Shown: positions 16,991-28,879, counted from the first letter of the stretch. The stretch: 31,342 nt of DNA from Pseudomonadota bacterium (GCA_918234285.1 CAKJXZ020000011.1:1-31342); one strand, 5' to 3'. The notes: generated by a model from the sequence alone, not told the origin. Program-made: numbers and translations.

Positions 16991-17476
16991 ATGTCTAAAT
17001 TTGTATCCGCAAAAATCAAAATGAGATCCGGTGCGCGTTTAGCGGCGGTTCAGGCCAATTATATGATTGCGCTCGGACAACTTCCGGTTGACGAAGTAAT
17101 AGAAGATTTCGTACAAGGGAAAATCGGCCGCTTTGCCATCGAGGATAAAGACGACAACACCGAAAATATGGTAGAACTCGGACCGATTGACACCGAATAT
17201 TTTGAAAAACTGGTGCGCGGTATTCAGTCGCATAAAGAAGATTTGGAAAAGTCGCTTAATCACTATCTTCACGGTGAATGGAGCTATGAGCGGATGAACG
17301 GCACCATGCAAGCGCTGTTGCTGAGCGCGGTTTATGAACTCAGCAACACCACCGATGTCGATACCAAGATTTTAATTCAGGAATACGTCGATTTGGCTTA
17401 TGCCTTTTTCAATAAAAACGAGCCGAAAATGGTTAATGCCCTCCTCGACCAAATCGCCCACGCAATCAGAGAATAA
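16991..17476 (+). CDS. nusB: Transcription antitermination factor NusB
   Basis: RSGARLAAVQANY, AVYEL, IQEYVDLAYAFF and MVNALLDQIA. ATG 16991 follows AAGGAG (the track start is 16967). Confidence 0.92.
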   Translation: MSKFVSAKIKMRSGARLAAVQANYMIALGQLPVDEVIEDFVQGKIGRFAIEDKDDNTENMVELGPIDTEYFEKLVRGIQSHKEDLEKSLNHYLHGEWSYERMNGTMQALLLSAVYELSNTTDVDTKILIQEYVDLAYAFFNKNEPKMVNALLDQIAHAIRE

Positions 17477-17485
17477 GGGGGAAAA

Positions 17486-18019
17486 ATGGCGGTTTTGAAA
17501 CTTTACGAATATCCCGATGAAGTGTTGCGTCAAAAGTGCGAACGCGTCAGCAAGGTTGATGACGAGTTGCGCAAGTTTTTGGACGATATGCTGGAAACCA
17601 TGTATGTTGACAAGGGTTGCGGTTTGGCCGCGCCGCAAGTCGGTGTGACCAAGCGTATTATCGTGCTTGATCCCAACCCGAGCGACGAGGATTTATCCGC
17701 CCGCCGCCCGATGTATTTGGTTAATCCGGAAATTATCTGGCGTTCGGAAGAAAAAGTTTTGTTCAATGAGGGCTGTTTATCCCTGCCTGACCAACGCGCC
17801 GAAGTCGAGCGCCATGAACGTGTGCGCGTGCGTTTTACCGATTATAACGGCAAAGAACAGGAAATCCTGGCCGATGAATTACTGGCGATTATTCTGCAAC
17901 ACGAAATCGACCATCTCGACGGAATACTGTACATCGACCATTTGAGCCGGCTCAAACGTTCCCGCCTTTTGAAAAAGCTTGAAAAATTCCGCGAAGAACA
18001 TCCCGGCAAAACAGATTAA
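17486..18019 (+). CDS. def: Peptide deformylase
   Basis: GCGLAAPQVG, EGCLS and QHEIDHLDG. Confidence 0.97.
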   Translation: MAVLKLYEYPDEVLRQKCERVSKVDDELRKFLDDMLETMYVDKGCGLAAPQVGVTKRIIVLDPNPSDEDLSARRPMYLVNPEIIWRSEEKVLFNEGCLSLPDQRAEVERHERVRVRFTDYNGKEQEILADELLAIILQHEIDHLDGILYIDHLSRLKRSRLLKKLEKFREEHPGKTD

Positions 18020-19419
18020 AATCTGAAGTATATAAACGGATTATAAGTAGATGCGGCTATAAACGCCGTAGATACGATAAACAGCATAATCAGCCAAACA
18101 TTTACCAGCGTCCGACTTACCTTGTATTTATAAGGTATTTGCAACATTTCGGAAAACAGCGGAACCGCACAGAGAAAAGCCGCAACAAAGGCGATAATCT
18201 CTATATTATCTATGTAATAATCCAAAAAATAAATCACATCATTGTTTTTTCCGCATCCGAACATTTTTTTGATGTATTGCCAAGCATACGACATGGTATC
18301 CGCTCTAAACATCACCCAGCCGATAACAAACGCCAAAATGCAATAAATATGCTGCATAAGGCCGACCAGTTTCCCCTCTTTTTTATGCCAACCGGTCGCT
18401 TTTTCAAAAATAATGAACATACCGTGCCATAAACCCCAGAAAATAAAATTCCATGCTGCGCCGTGCCAAAAACCCGTAGCCAGAAACACAATAAATAAAT
18501 TCATATAATTACGCCATTTTGCCACCCGATTGCCGCCGAGCGGAATATATAAATATTCCTTAAACCAAGTTGAAAGAGAAATATGCCAACGGCGCCAAAA
18601 TTCGGTAATCGAGCGTGAAATATACGGATAATTGAAGTTCTCCAAAAACTTAAAGCCGAAAACAGAGCCCAAACCGATTGCCATATCCGAATAGCCGCTG
18701 AAATCATAAAACAACTGAAAACTGTATGCCACCGCGCCCAGCCACGCAGTCAGAGCATCAAATTGTTCTACCGGCTGCGAAAATATTTTATCTGCCACCG
18801 CTCCCAGAGTATTGGCAATCAGCATTTTTTTAGAAAGTCCGATTATAAAGCGCTTGATACCGTAAGCCACTTTTTCAAATGTAACATCTCGGTTTTCTAT
18901 CTGCTCGGCCACATCGTGATATTTCACAATCGGGCCGGCAATAAGCTGCGGAAACAAACATATATACAGCGCCAGCTTATAAATATCCCGTTGTACCTTA
19001 ACCTCGCCCCGATACACGTCAACCACATAACTGAGCGCCTGAAAGGTATAAAACGAAATTCCTATCGGCATTACCACATCAATAAAGTTGATATGAGCAT
19101 TAAACACCGCATTGATGTTATCCATTACAAAATTAAAATATTTGAAATAGAACAAAAAGCTCAAGTCAACAACAACAGTTATTGCCAACAGCCATTTGCG
19201 ATGCGCCGGATTTTTACTGCGGCTGATATAATTTGCCCCCACATAATTAACCACAATCGTCATTATCATAATGGCCAAATAGCTCGGCTCACCCCATGCA
19301 TAAAAGATAATACTGGCAGCCAATAAAATATAATTTTGCAAATCTTTGCGGGCAAACAAATACGCCGCACAAACAATCGGCAAAAACATATAAATAAATG
19401 TCATAGAAGAAAATAACAT
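18016..19419 (-). CDS. MBOAT O-acyltransferase, AlgI/PatA-like
   Basis: PIGISFYTFQ, FPQLIAGPI, DFSGYSDMAIG, ENFNYPY, FWRRWHISLSTW, YIPLGGNR, GFWHGA and C-terminal PFIYFRF. Confidence 0.93.
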   Translation of the reverse strand: MLFSSMTFIYMFLPIVCAAYLFARKDLQNYILLAASIIFYAWGEPSYLAIMIMTIVVNYVGANYISRSKNPAHRKWLLAITVVVDLSFLFYFKYFNFVMDNINAVFNAHINFIDVVMPIGISFYTFQALSYVVDVYRGEVKVQRDIYKLALYICLFPQLIAGPIVKYHDVAEQIENRDVTFEKVAYGIKRFIIGLSKKMLIANTLGAVADKIFSQPVEQFDALTAWLGAVAYSFQLFYDFSGYSDMAIGLGSVFGFKFLENFNYPYISRSITEFWRRWHISLSTWFKEYLYIPLGGNRVAKWRNYMNLFIVFLATGFWHGAAWNFIFWGLWHGMFIIFEKATGWHKKEGKLVGLMQHIYCILAFVIGWVMFRADTMSYAWQYIKKMFGCGKNNDVIYFLDYYIDNIEIIAFVAAFLCAVPLFSEMLQIPYKYKVSRTLVNVWLIMLFIVSTAFIAASTYNPFIYFRF

Positions 19420-19423
19420 AGCG

Positions 19424-21253
19424 TTAGTCCTTGGTTAAATTAACAAGACTTGGGATATTGCTGGGTGTAATACATAATATTAAGATATCCGGCTTAAAAT
19501 CAAGAATATCCTTCTTATAACGTTTAAATAACTTGAATACATCCTTTTCCTCAACCCCCCTGGCACCATTCAATCTGTAATATTTCAACTCGGAAAAACT
19601 ATACGGTATAAATTGCAGAAAATCTTCATTCATACTGGTACCGGTCAAAAACACTCGCGGTGCATTCGGTTGTTGCGGATTCTTAAAATATTTGGTCTTA
19701 TAGTATGCAATATCCGTAACCGTCGGCTGTATCTCATTTTTATGATCATAATATATATATTCATCTTTTAATATATATTTTTTGGCATATTCAGGATTTA
19801 TCCTAAGCGCTATAGTACTGCCGCCGATGTCAAAATCTCTATTCCATTCTTCACGCAACAGTTTTGAAGTCGAAACGTTATACTCATCAAGATTGCTAAT
19901 GTGGATATTCGTAAAATCTTTTTTTATAACCTTCATCAATGCCAAATAGCCGTTATACGCACCCCAATCTGTCCAATGGTGTGTTTGCTTGAAAAACACA
20001 AAATCATTTTGAGCTGCTTGCTTTAATTCTTTTTGCGGATAAACAGTAGGGGCCTCAAACAAATTTATAAGTTCCGCAATATGATGATTAAATTTATCAT
20101 ACTCCAACGCATTATTATTTCCCTCTTCCTCCTTTGCAAATTCCCTATAAATATCTTCTTTGCTTGGTACAATGAGCATATACAGACGGATGTTATTTTT
20201 TTTGCAAAAGTCATTTAATAAATTAACCTGTTTTATGATTTCTTTATCATTAGCATGGTATTTTTCCCAATATTTGAGAGAGTAATTTCGAAACATCCAA
20301 TTACTTTTCTTAATCCAGATAGCATCGCCGTTCCTATATATTCTGCTGGTTTCTCGCTTCATAAACGAATATAAGTCAATCATACTTTCTCTTCCGAAAA
20401 AGTGATCGTTGAACCATTTTTCAAATTGCGCTCCGTAGTTGCAATTTACCCCCCCTGAAACCAAAAATTTAGGATATGTCGCCAGCATCCGATTTTCCTG
20501 CATGGATTTTTCGGCGTCGGAAATACGGCTCATCGGCACAAACAATAACACAATGAATGCTACGACAAACACTATATCAATTCTGCTGTTATGCTCAAGC
20601 AGCTTAAATTTTGCAACATATTGCACCATCTTGTAACTCAGCAAAAACGCCAATATCAGCACGCTTAAAAACATTAATGTGCTGAAAGAATAATGATTCA
20701 AATCACCCCACTGCCAATGATGTTTGCGCACCTCAAAACTCAGTTCATAGATTTCCCCATCTTTAGCCGCAAAATGATATGTGTGAGGATTATCGTGATA
20801 AAAAGTTTTCCGCCCCTGCAAAAACTGTTTATTATTTACCGAAGCGAAACGATAATCCACCAACACCGGATAGCGCACATTATTGTCTCTGACATCTGGA
20901 CCGCGCAACAAAACGGTTATCTTTCCGTCGCCGATGACCTTAAATCTTACCTTATAACGCTGCCACTTTGCCGCTATTTCGGTATTAATCACACCGCATT
21001 GACCGTTTTCTTTTTGACACCATTGCGGATAGGTAATCTCATTCTCCGTCGAAGTATCCGCTTCCGTAATTTCGACTGCATTGGTCGCATCTCCGTTATT
21101 TGCTATGTCAATACGAGCCGTTTTATTTGCATAAAGACTTTGCCAGAGCCCCGACACCAAATGATTTGAATACAGCGGCGCGCAAAACAGCGTAACCAAT
21201 ATCGTGCAGACTATTGTTATTAAAAAACGCTTATTTATGCGAACGATTTTCAT
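19424..21253 (-). CDS. AlgJ/AlgX/DHHW-type SGNH-like O-acetyltransferase with an extra N-terminal beta domain
   Basis: ENRMLA, FEKWFNDHFFGR, IVPSKEDIY, FKQTHHWTDWGAY and GTSM motifs; three TM segments; immediately upstream of the MBOAT gene. Confidence 0.8.
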   Translation of the reverse strand: MKIVRINKRFLITIVCTILVTLFCAPLYSNHLVSGLWQSLYANKTARIDIANNGDATNAVEITEADTSTENEITYPQWCQKENGQCGVINTEIAAKWQRYKVRFKVIGDGKITVLLRGPDVRDNNVRYPVLVDYRFASVNNKQFLQGRKTFYHDNPHTYHFAAKDGEIYELSFEVRKHHWQWGDLNHYSFSTLMFLSVLILAFLLSYKMVQYVAKFKLLEHNSRIDIVFVVAFIVLLFVPMSRISDAEKSMQENRMLATYPKFLVSGGVNCNYGAQFEKWFNDHFFGRESMIDLYSFMKRETSRIYRNGDAIWIKKSNWMFRNYSLKYWEKYHANDKEIIKQVNLLNDFCKKNNIRLYMLIVPSKEDIYREFAKEEEGNNNALEYDKFNHHIAELINLFEAPTVYPQKELKQAAQNDFVFFKQTHHWTDWGAYNGYLALMKVIKKDFTNIHISNLDEYNVSTSKLLREEWNRDFDIGGSTIALRINPEYAKKYILKDEYIYYDHKNEIQPTVTDIAYYKTKYFKNPQQPNAPRVFLTGTSMNEDFLQFIPYSFSELKYYRLNGARGVEEKDVFKLFKRYKKDILDFKPDILILCITPSNIPSLVNLTKD

Positions 21254-21285
21254 AAAAACCTCGAGTAAAAACTTTTATTGGTCGC

Positions 21286-21314
21286 ACTTTAGGAGAGTTT
21301 CCCGTATAAGTCAA
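21286..21314 (-). promoter_or_regulatory. Putative promoter of the O-acetylation operon
   Basis: Minus strand TTGACT-N17-TAAAGT. Confidence 0.5.
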
Positions 21315-21334
21315 CCTTTAATTTCTATATATGC

Positions 21335-23434
<2,100 letters not shown>

Positions 23435-23492
23435 TTACAAGCATATAATCATCAACGGCAAAAGTCAAAAGCAACCGACACGTTTTAAACAC

Positions 23493-23532
23493 AAAAAAAC
23501 CGCATCACGTCTTTTCAGGGACGAAATGCGGT
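23493..23532 (-). terminator. Intrinsic terminator of the small membrane-protein genes
   Basis: ACCGCAT..CGTC-loop-GACG..ATGCGGT followed by T7 on the minus strand. Confidence 0.7.
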
Positions 23533-23555
23533 ATATGTCAGAAGATTTACGAATT

Positions 23556-23798
23556 CTAATAAAGTCTAGAGTAGAAATCGTTGTTCATTATGGCCGCTTT
23601 CCAAATTTCTTTGGCCATCTTAGGATCATTCTTTTCGACATCCTCCCATGCCCTCACATTAATATACAGGGCAGCTAAAAGGTAGCCGATAAGTGCGGAA
23701 CCCAAAACGATTGCAGCAGCAATTTTTACCGAAAAAAACGCAGCGACAATCACTGATACAATAAGTACTGCCAAGGCAGCAAACACCTTCTTCTTCAT
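23556..23798 (-). CDS. Small orphan membrane protein (2 TM), 80 aa
   Basis: MKKK plus a hydrophobic hairpin and polar tail; similar to 24416..24634. Confidence 0.7.
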   Translation of the reverse strand: MKKKVFAALAVLIVSVIVAAFFSVKIAAAIVLGSALIGYLLAALYINVRAWEDVEKNDPKMAKEIWKAAIMNNDFYSRLY

Positions 23799-23840
23799 AG
23801 TTTTTTGGTTTGTATTTGATTGGCTAATAATACTAAAAGT

Positions 23841-24263
23841 TCACTGCTGGCGCAGTTCATGAGAGGTTTTTAAGAGGAATATCATGAATCCCCAACAGCA
23901 CATCACATAGGACATTGAAAATGCCCATACATTTTCAACCATAACCGGTCGCCATTCCTCGCCGTAGGTCTGGTAGATGTAAACCATCAAAGCCAAAAAC
24001 GGCAAGGCGCAACAACCGAAGACTATTGACTTTGTAAGGGCATACTCCCTTATATCCGCAGAATAAATCCGAGGGTGCAACAGATGATACGGGTATGCAG
24101 TCATCAAAACCGCACAAAACGCCATAATCAACATATTGAAAAAGTCAATTTCCTCGCTGTGCGCAGGAACAAACAACCCCGAGCCGACCCAGAGGATGCT
24201 CGAACAGTGCAAAAATGCCACGGCCGCAAACAGCAGCGGAAGCATCATCTCTTTCTTTTTCAT
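23841..24263 (-). CDS. Orphan membrane protein (about 4 TM), 140 aa
   Basis: Four hydrophobic segments; promoter TTGATT-N17-TATATT at 24330-24302. Confidence 0.7.
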   Translation of the reverse strand: MKKKEMMLPLLFAAVAFLHCSSILWVGSGLFVPAHSEEIDFFNMLIMAFCAVLMTAYPYHLLHPRIYSADIREYALTKSIVFGCCALPFLALMVYIYQTYGEEWRPVMVENVWAFSMSYVMCCWGFMIFLLKTSHELRQQ

Positions 24264-24362
24264 CTCATAACATTTTTGTAAATAACTCGTTTGATAATTT
24301 GAATATAAAACATATTTGACAAAAAATCAAGCAAAAAAATTCAAATTTGTACACTTTTAAAA

Positions 24363-24410
24363 TGGGACACCCCGCAACTTGATGATTTCTCAACAAATTG
24401 CGGGGTATCT
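24363..24410 (-). terminator. Hairpin/terminator after the 72-aa gene
   Basis: Minus strand GATACCCCGCAATTTG...CAAGTTGCGGGGTGTC stem (mismatches resolve as G:U), followed by a short T tract. Confidence 0.6.
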
Positions 24411-24415
24411 TCTTT

Positions 24416-24634
24416 TTAGCAGTCCCAGTCTTCTCCGAGCTCGTGAAGATACTCCTTCGGATGCCAAATGGCATCCCAGAGCATCTGGAATGCAAGTGAT
24501 CTGCAGGCGGCAATTACGCCGCTTACGATCACTGCTCCCAAAACGAGAGCTAACGCTATCTTCCAAGAAAGGAAGATGGAGATTGCTACTGAGATGGCTA
24601 CTACGATAAGAGCGATAATCATTGATTTTTTCAT
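24416..24634 (-). CDS. Small orphan membrane protein (2 TM), 72 aa
   Basis: MKKSMIIAL...SWKIALALVLG; paralogue-like to the 80-aa ORF; a hairpin directly follows the stop. Confidence 0.65.
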   Translation of the reverse strand: MKKSMIIALIVVAISVAISIFLSWKIALALVLGAVIVSGVIAACRSLAFQMLWDAIWHPKEYLHELGEDWDC

Positions 24635-25169
24635 CTCTTATTTCTTTGCGATTCCCCAAATCTTTATGTATTGCACCAACATCTGATAGGATATTGATTT
24701 AACACAATCTTCTTGCAACCTATAACCGAATATTATCTGTATGCTCTTTAATTACAAATCTATCATACCCTTCCACTGATCAAGCTATCGCCAGTCAGAC
24801 CCCCACGTTCTCCAACGCTAATGCTCAAGGTTCGGAAACTTCTTTAACGAGTGGTATATAATAGATTTATGCCTAAAGTACAAATAACTCAAATTATAAG
24901 TCATCAAAAAGCGTGAAACAAATACATATTGAATTGAAGTTTCAGTTCTGTATTCTCATTAAAAACCTAGGGCCCATACGCAAATGAATCTCAAAAGAAA
25001 CTCAACCACACCGAACGTATCCCGTTTATATCAATCCGAACCGCTTATAAATTCAGAGAATAAACATTCAAACATTTTAGCGTCATATAGGTTGAACTAT
25101 GTTTTTAACAAGAAGAAAAATAATAAATATTTACATTCTTAAAACATAATCCCTAGGTTTAACAAGTTC

Positions 25170-25248
25170 ATTGTACAATAATTTTATACAAAAATCAAGT
25201 ACAAAAATATAACTTTCTGCTTGCTTTTATGTTTAAAGCCGATAGAGT
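25170..25248. promoter_or_regulatory. Divergent promoters
   Basis: Minus: TTGATT-N17-TACAAT (25198-25170). Plus: TTGCTT-N16-TAGAGT (25221-25248), ahead of a TAAGGAGG SD. Confidence 0.5.
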
Positions 25249-25280
25249 GAACATATCAGGTTATCATAAGGAGGAATCCG

Positions 25281-26090
25281 ATGAAAAAATTGTTGTTTTT
25301 TTTCGCCGTACTGCTGCTTGCCGGAGGTGTGTATTACTACAATCGTCCGCAGGCCGTGCAACCGCTCGTTTTATACGGTAATATTGATATCAGACAGGTT
25401 AACACCGCGTTCAGAGTCGCCGGTCGCTTAGAGGCCATGAATTTTGAAGAAGGCGATGAAGTGCATAAAGGTGATATTCTGGCCACACTTGATAAAGATA
25501 CTTTCATCAATACACAAAATCAGGCCGAAGCCAAGGTAGCGCAAGCTATTGCCTCGCTTGAAAATGCCAAACGGGTTAACCGCCGCAAACAGGCTCTTTG
25601 CAAAACTCAAAATGCCTCGCGGCAAGATTGCGATAATTCACAGGCTGCCGAAGAAATTGCCGCCGCCGATTTGGAGTATGCCAAATCCGGTGCCGATATT
25701 GCTCAAACGGCTTTGGATGATACCTCCCTGAAAGCTCCGGCCGACGGAGTTATATTGGTGCGCATTTATGAGCCGGGAAGTATGATTTCTGCCGGTGCTC
25801 CGGTCTATACCATTTCCCTTAACGGCAAAATGTGGGCTCGAGCCTATATCAAAGAAACCGAACTCGGGCGCCTTAAAATCGGCACTCCGGTAAAAATCAG
25901 CACCGATTCAAACGATAAAATATACAACGGACACATCGGTTTTATTTCTTCGGTTGCCGAATTTACGCCGAAAAGCATAGAAACCGCCAGTCTGCGTACC
26001 GATTTGGTATATCGCCTGCGCATTGTTATTGACGATGCCGATGATTATTTGAAACAGGGAATGCCGGTAACGATTAAATTGGCCGAATAA
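25281..26090 (+). CDS. ybhG: HlyD-family membrane fusion protein, YbhG-like
   Basis: N-terminal TM, LYGNIDIRQV..AFRVAGR, LKAPADG and AEFTPKSIET..LRTDLVYRLRI; short coiled coil. Confidence 0.85.
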   Translation: MKKLLFFFAVLLLAGGVYYYNRPQAVQPLVLYGNIDIRQVNTAFRVAGRLEAMNFEEGDEVHKGDILATLDKDTFINTQNQAEAKVAQAIASLENAKRVNRRKQALCKTQNASRQDCDNSQAAEEIAAADLEYAKSGADIAQTALDDTSLKAPADGVILVRIYEPGSMISAGAPVYTISLNGKMWARAYIKETELGRLKIGTPVKISTDSNDKIYNGHIGFISSVAEFTPKSIETASLRTDLVYRLRIVIDDADDYLKQGMPVTIKLAE

Positions 26091-27773
26091 ATGGAAAATG
26101 TTGTTACAATAAAACATTTAAATAAAACTTTCCAAAATCCCGATATTGTCGCGATTGACGATTTGAATCTGGAACTGCCGCGTGGCGAAGTCGTCGGTCT
26201 GGTCGGTCCGGACGGTGCCGGCAAAACCACGCTTATCCGGCTGTTGCTCGGCCTGCTGAAACCGAGCGGCGGCGATATCACGGTTTTGGGATTAAATCCG
26301 CTGACGCAAACTCATCAGTTGCACCAGATTATCGGCTATATGCCGCAAAAATTCGGGCTTTATGAAGATTTAAGCATTGCCGAAAATATGAACCTCTATG
26401 CCGATTTGAAAGAACTGACACCGGAAGAACGCCGACAACAATTTGATTGGCTCTTAAAATTTACCGGTTTGGCACCGTTTGTCAAACGTTTGGCCGGACG
26501 TCTCTCCGGCGGTATGAAACAAAAACTCGGTCTGGGCTGCACTCTTTTGGGCAATCCGCAATTTTTGTTGCTTGATGAGCCGGGGGTCGGTGTTGACCCG
26601 ATTTCACGCCGCGAACTAATGAAAATGGTGTATAGTCTGCGCGATAAGGGAATTACGGTATTGTGGTCAACCTCATATCTGGATGAGGCGGAAAAATTTG
26701 ACCGCGTATTACTCTTAAACGACGGCAAATTAATTTTTAACGGCAACCCGAAAGAATTGACCGGTCGCATTTCCGGACGGGTTTTCCAAACTACCGATAC
26801 CGCTAATCCGCGCCATACGTTGCGCCGACTGATGCAAAACAAAGCCCCGCTTACCGATGCGGTTATTTACGGCCAAAGTGTACGCACGGTGCTGCAAAAA
26901 AACATTCCTCCGACGGCGCTCGATATTGCCTTGCGACCGATTACGCCGCGTTTCGAAGACGCCGTGATTGATATTTTGGGCGGCTCGCCGATGCAACCAT
27001 CGGAAATCGCCGAAAAAATCGATGTCGGCAATATTCCGGATATTGTCATCAATGCCGATAATTTAACCAAACAATACGGCGATTTCACAGCGGCGCAGAA
27101 TATTTCTTTCAAAATCCGCCGCGGCGAAATTTTCGGGCTGTTGGGGCCGAACGGCGCCGGTAAATCCACCACCTTCAAAATGCTGTGCGGATTGGCTAAA
27201 CCCACGGCCGGACAGGGATATATTATGGGTACGGATATGATTAAAAATCCGGAAAAAGCCCGTGCCTTTCTCGGTTATATGGCGCAAAAATTTTCGCTGT
27301 TTTCCACACTGTCGGTAATGCAGAACCTCAAATTCTTTTCCGGCATTTACGGCTTGCGCGGCCACAAACGCGAAAACCGCATCCGGCAAATGACGAATAT
27401 TTTTGAGCTCGGTCCGTATTTGAAACAGCCGGCGGGTAATCTGCCGCTCGGTTTCAAGCAACGTCTGGCGCTTGCTTGCGCCATTATGCACAATCCGCCG
27501 ATTTTATTTTTGGACGAACCGACTTCGGGCGTTGACCCCCTCACCCGCCGCGAATTTTGGAATCATATTAATTCCATGGTGGAAAAAGGTGTAACGGTAA
27601 TGGTTACCACCCACTTTATGGATGAGGCCGAATATTGCGACCGAATTGCTCTGATTTATCAGGGACAAGCCATCAAAATCGGCACTCCCGACGAACTTAA
27701 GAAAAACGGCGAAACCATGGAAGACGCCTTTATTCGTTTGATTAACGAATATCAGCCGGAGGTCGCCGCATGA
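26091..27773 (+). CDS. ybhF: ABC transporter ATP-binding protein with two NBDs, YbhF-like
   Basis: GPDGAGKT, YMPQKFGLYEDL, LSGGMKQKL, DEPGVGVDP; then GPNGAGKST, LPLGFKQRL, DEPTSGVDP and VTTHFMDEAE. Confidence 0.9.
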   Translation: MENVVTIKHLNKTFQNPDIVAIDDLNLELPRGEVVGLVGPDGAGKTTLIRLLLGLLKPSGGDITVLGLNPLTQTHQLHQIIGYMPQKFGLYEDLSIAENMNLYADLKELTPEERRQQFDWLLKFTGLAPFVKRLAGRLSGGMKQKLGLGCTLLGNPQFLLLDEPGVGVDPISRRELMKMVYSLRDKGITVLWSTSYLDEAEKFDRVLLLNDGKLIFNGNPKELTGRISGRVFQTTDTANPRHTLRRLMQNKAPLTDAVIYGQSVRTVLQKNIPPTALDIALRPITPRFEDAVIDILGGSPMQPSEIAEKIDVGNIPDIVINADNLTKQYGDFTAAQNISFKIRRGEIFGLLGPNGAGKSTTFKMLCGLAKPTAGQGYIMGTDMIKNPEKARAFLGYMAQKFSLFSTLSVMQNLKFFSGIYGLRGHKRENRIRQMTNIFELGPYLKQPAGNLPLGFKQRLALACAIMHNPPILFLDEPTSGVDPLTRREFWNHINSMVEKGVTVMVTTHFMDEAEYCDRIALIYQGQAIKIGTPDELKKNGETMEDAFIRLINEYQPEVAA

Positions 27774-28879
27774 GAATACTCAAAGCACTTGTTTATAAAG
27801 AGTTCTTACAAATCATTCGCGATCCGAGCAGTATTTTGATTGCGTTTATTCTGCCGTTTATTTTGATTACGATTTTTGCCACCGCCATCAATCTTGATAA
27901 CAACGCGATTGAAACCGGCCTGGTGCTTGAGGGCGACCGCCAACAGGTTAACAACATCACCGGTGCTTTTGACGGCTCGCGCTATTTAACCGTTACCCGT
28001 TACGATAATCGCAAAGCCGCACAGGAAGCGCTGACCCGCGGTGATATCCGCGCGCTGGTAATAATGCCGGGCAACCTCGCCAAGGATTTGGCTACAGGGC
28101 AAGCAGCCGCCGTGCAAATAATTACCGACGCTTCCGACCCGAATATTGCACTGTTTGCCGCGGCTTATGTGCAAGGTATCGTGGCAACGGCACAGAAAAT
28201 TATGATAGAAACCGGCACTTTCGAAAAAAAATCCGATATTATCATTGAACAGGTTGCGTGGTATAACCCCGAGCTCAAAAGCCGCTTTTTTATTTTGCCG
28301 AGTTCGATTGCAATTATCATGACGCTTATCGGTATGCTGTTAACCGCGCTGGTAATTGCTCGCGAATGGGAGCGCGGCACCATGGAATCCCTTTTAACCA
28401 CCAAGGCCTCAAAACTGCAAATCATTTTGGCTAAATATATATCATATTATTGTCTGGCCATTCTTTCTGCCGTTTTCTGCACTTTTTTGTGCGTAATCGT
28501 ATTTGACGTGCCGTTCCGCGGCTCCCTTTGGGTATATTTCATCACCTCCAGCCTGTTTTTGTTTGTTTCCATCGGCATGGGATGCTTGATTTCCACTCTA
28601 ACGCGCAACCAATTTCTGGCCTCGGTGGCGGCCGCCATGTTCGGCTTTTTGCCGGCGGTGATTCTCTCCGGAGGTCTGTTTGAAATTTCTTCAATGCCGC
28701 ATATTATTCAGGTGCTTACCAACATCATTCCGGCAACTCACTTTGTACCGATTATCAAAAATCTGTTTATGGCCGGCGACATTTGGCCGATTATTTGGAA
28801 CGAAAGTCTTAACCTGCTGATTTTCGGACTGATTTTGTTCGCCCTTTTATATAAAGTTACGAAAGAGAGGTTGGAATAA
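27770..28879 (+). CDS. ybhS: ABC-2 permease, YbhS-like
   Basis: KEFLQIIRDPSS, WYNPEL, IAREWERGTME; 6 TM. Confidence 0.88.
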   Translation: MRILKALVYKEFLQIIRDPSSILIAFILPFILITIFATAINLDNNAIETGLVLEGDRQQVNNITGAFDGSRYLTVTRYDNRKAAQEALTRGDIRALVIMPGNLAKDLATGQAAAVQIITDASDPNIALFAAAYVQGIVATAQKIMIETGTFEKKSDIIIEQVAWYNPELKSRFFILPSSIAIIMTLIGMLLTALVIAREWERGTMESLLTTKASKLQIILAKYISYYCLAILSAVFCTFLCVIVFDVPFRGSLWVYFITSSLFLFVSIGMGCLISTLTRNQFLASVAAAMFGFLPAVILSGGLFEISSMPHIIQVLTNIIPATHFVPIIKNLFMAGDIWPIIWNESLNLLIFGLILFALLYKVTKERLE

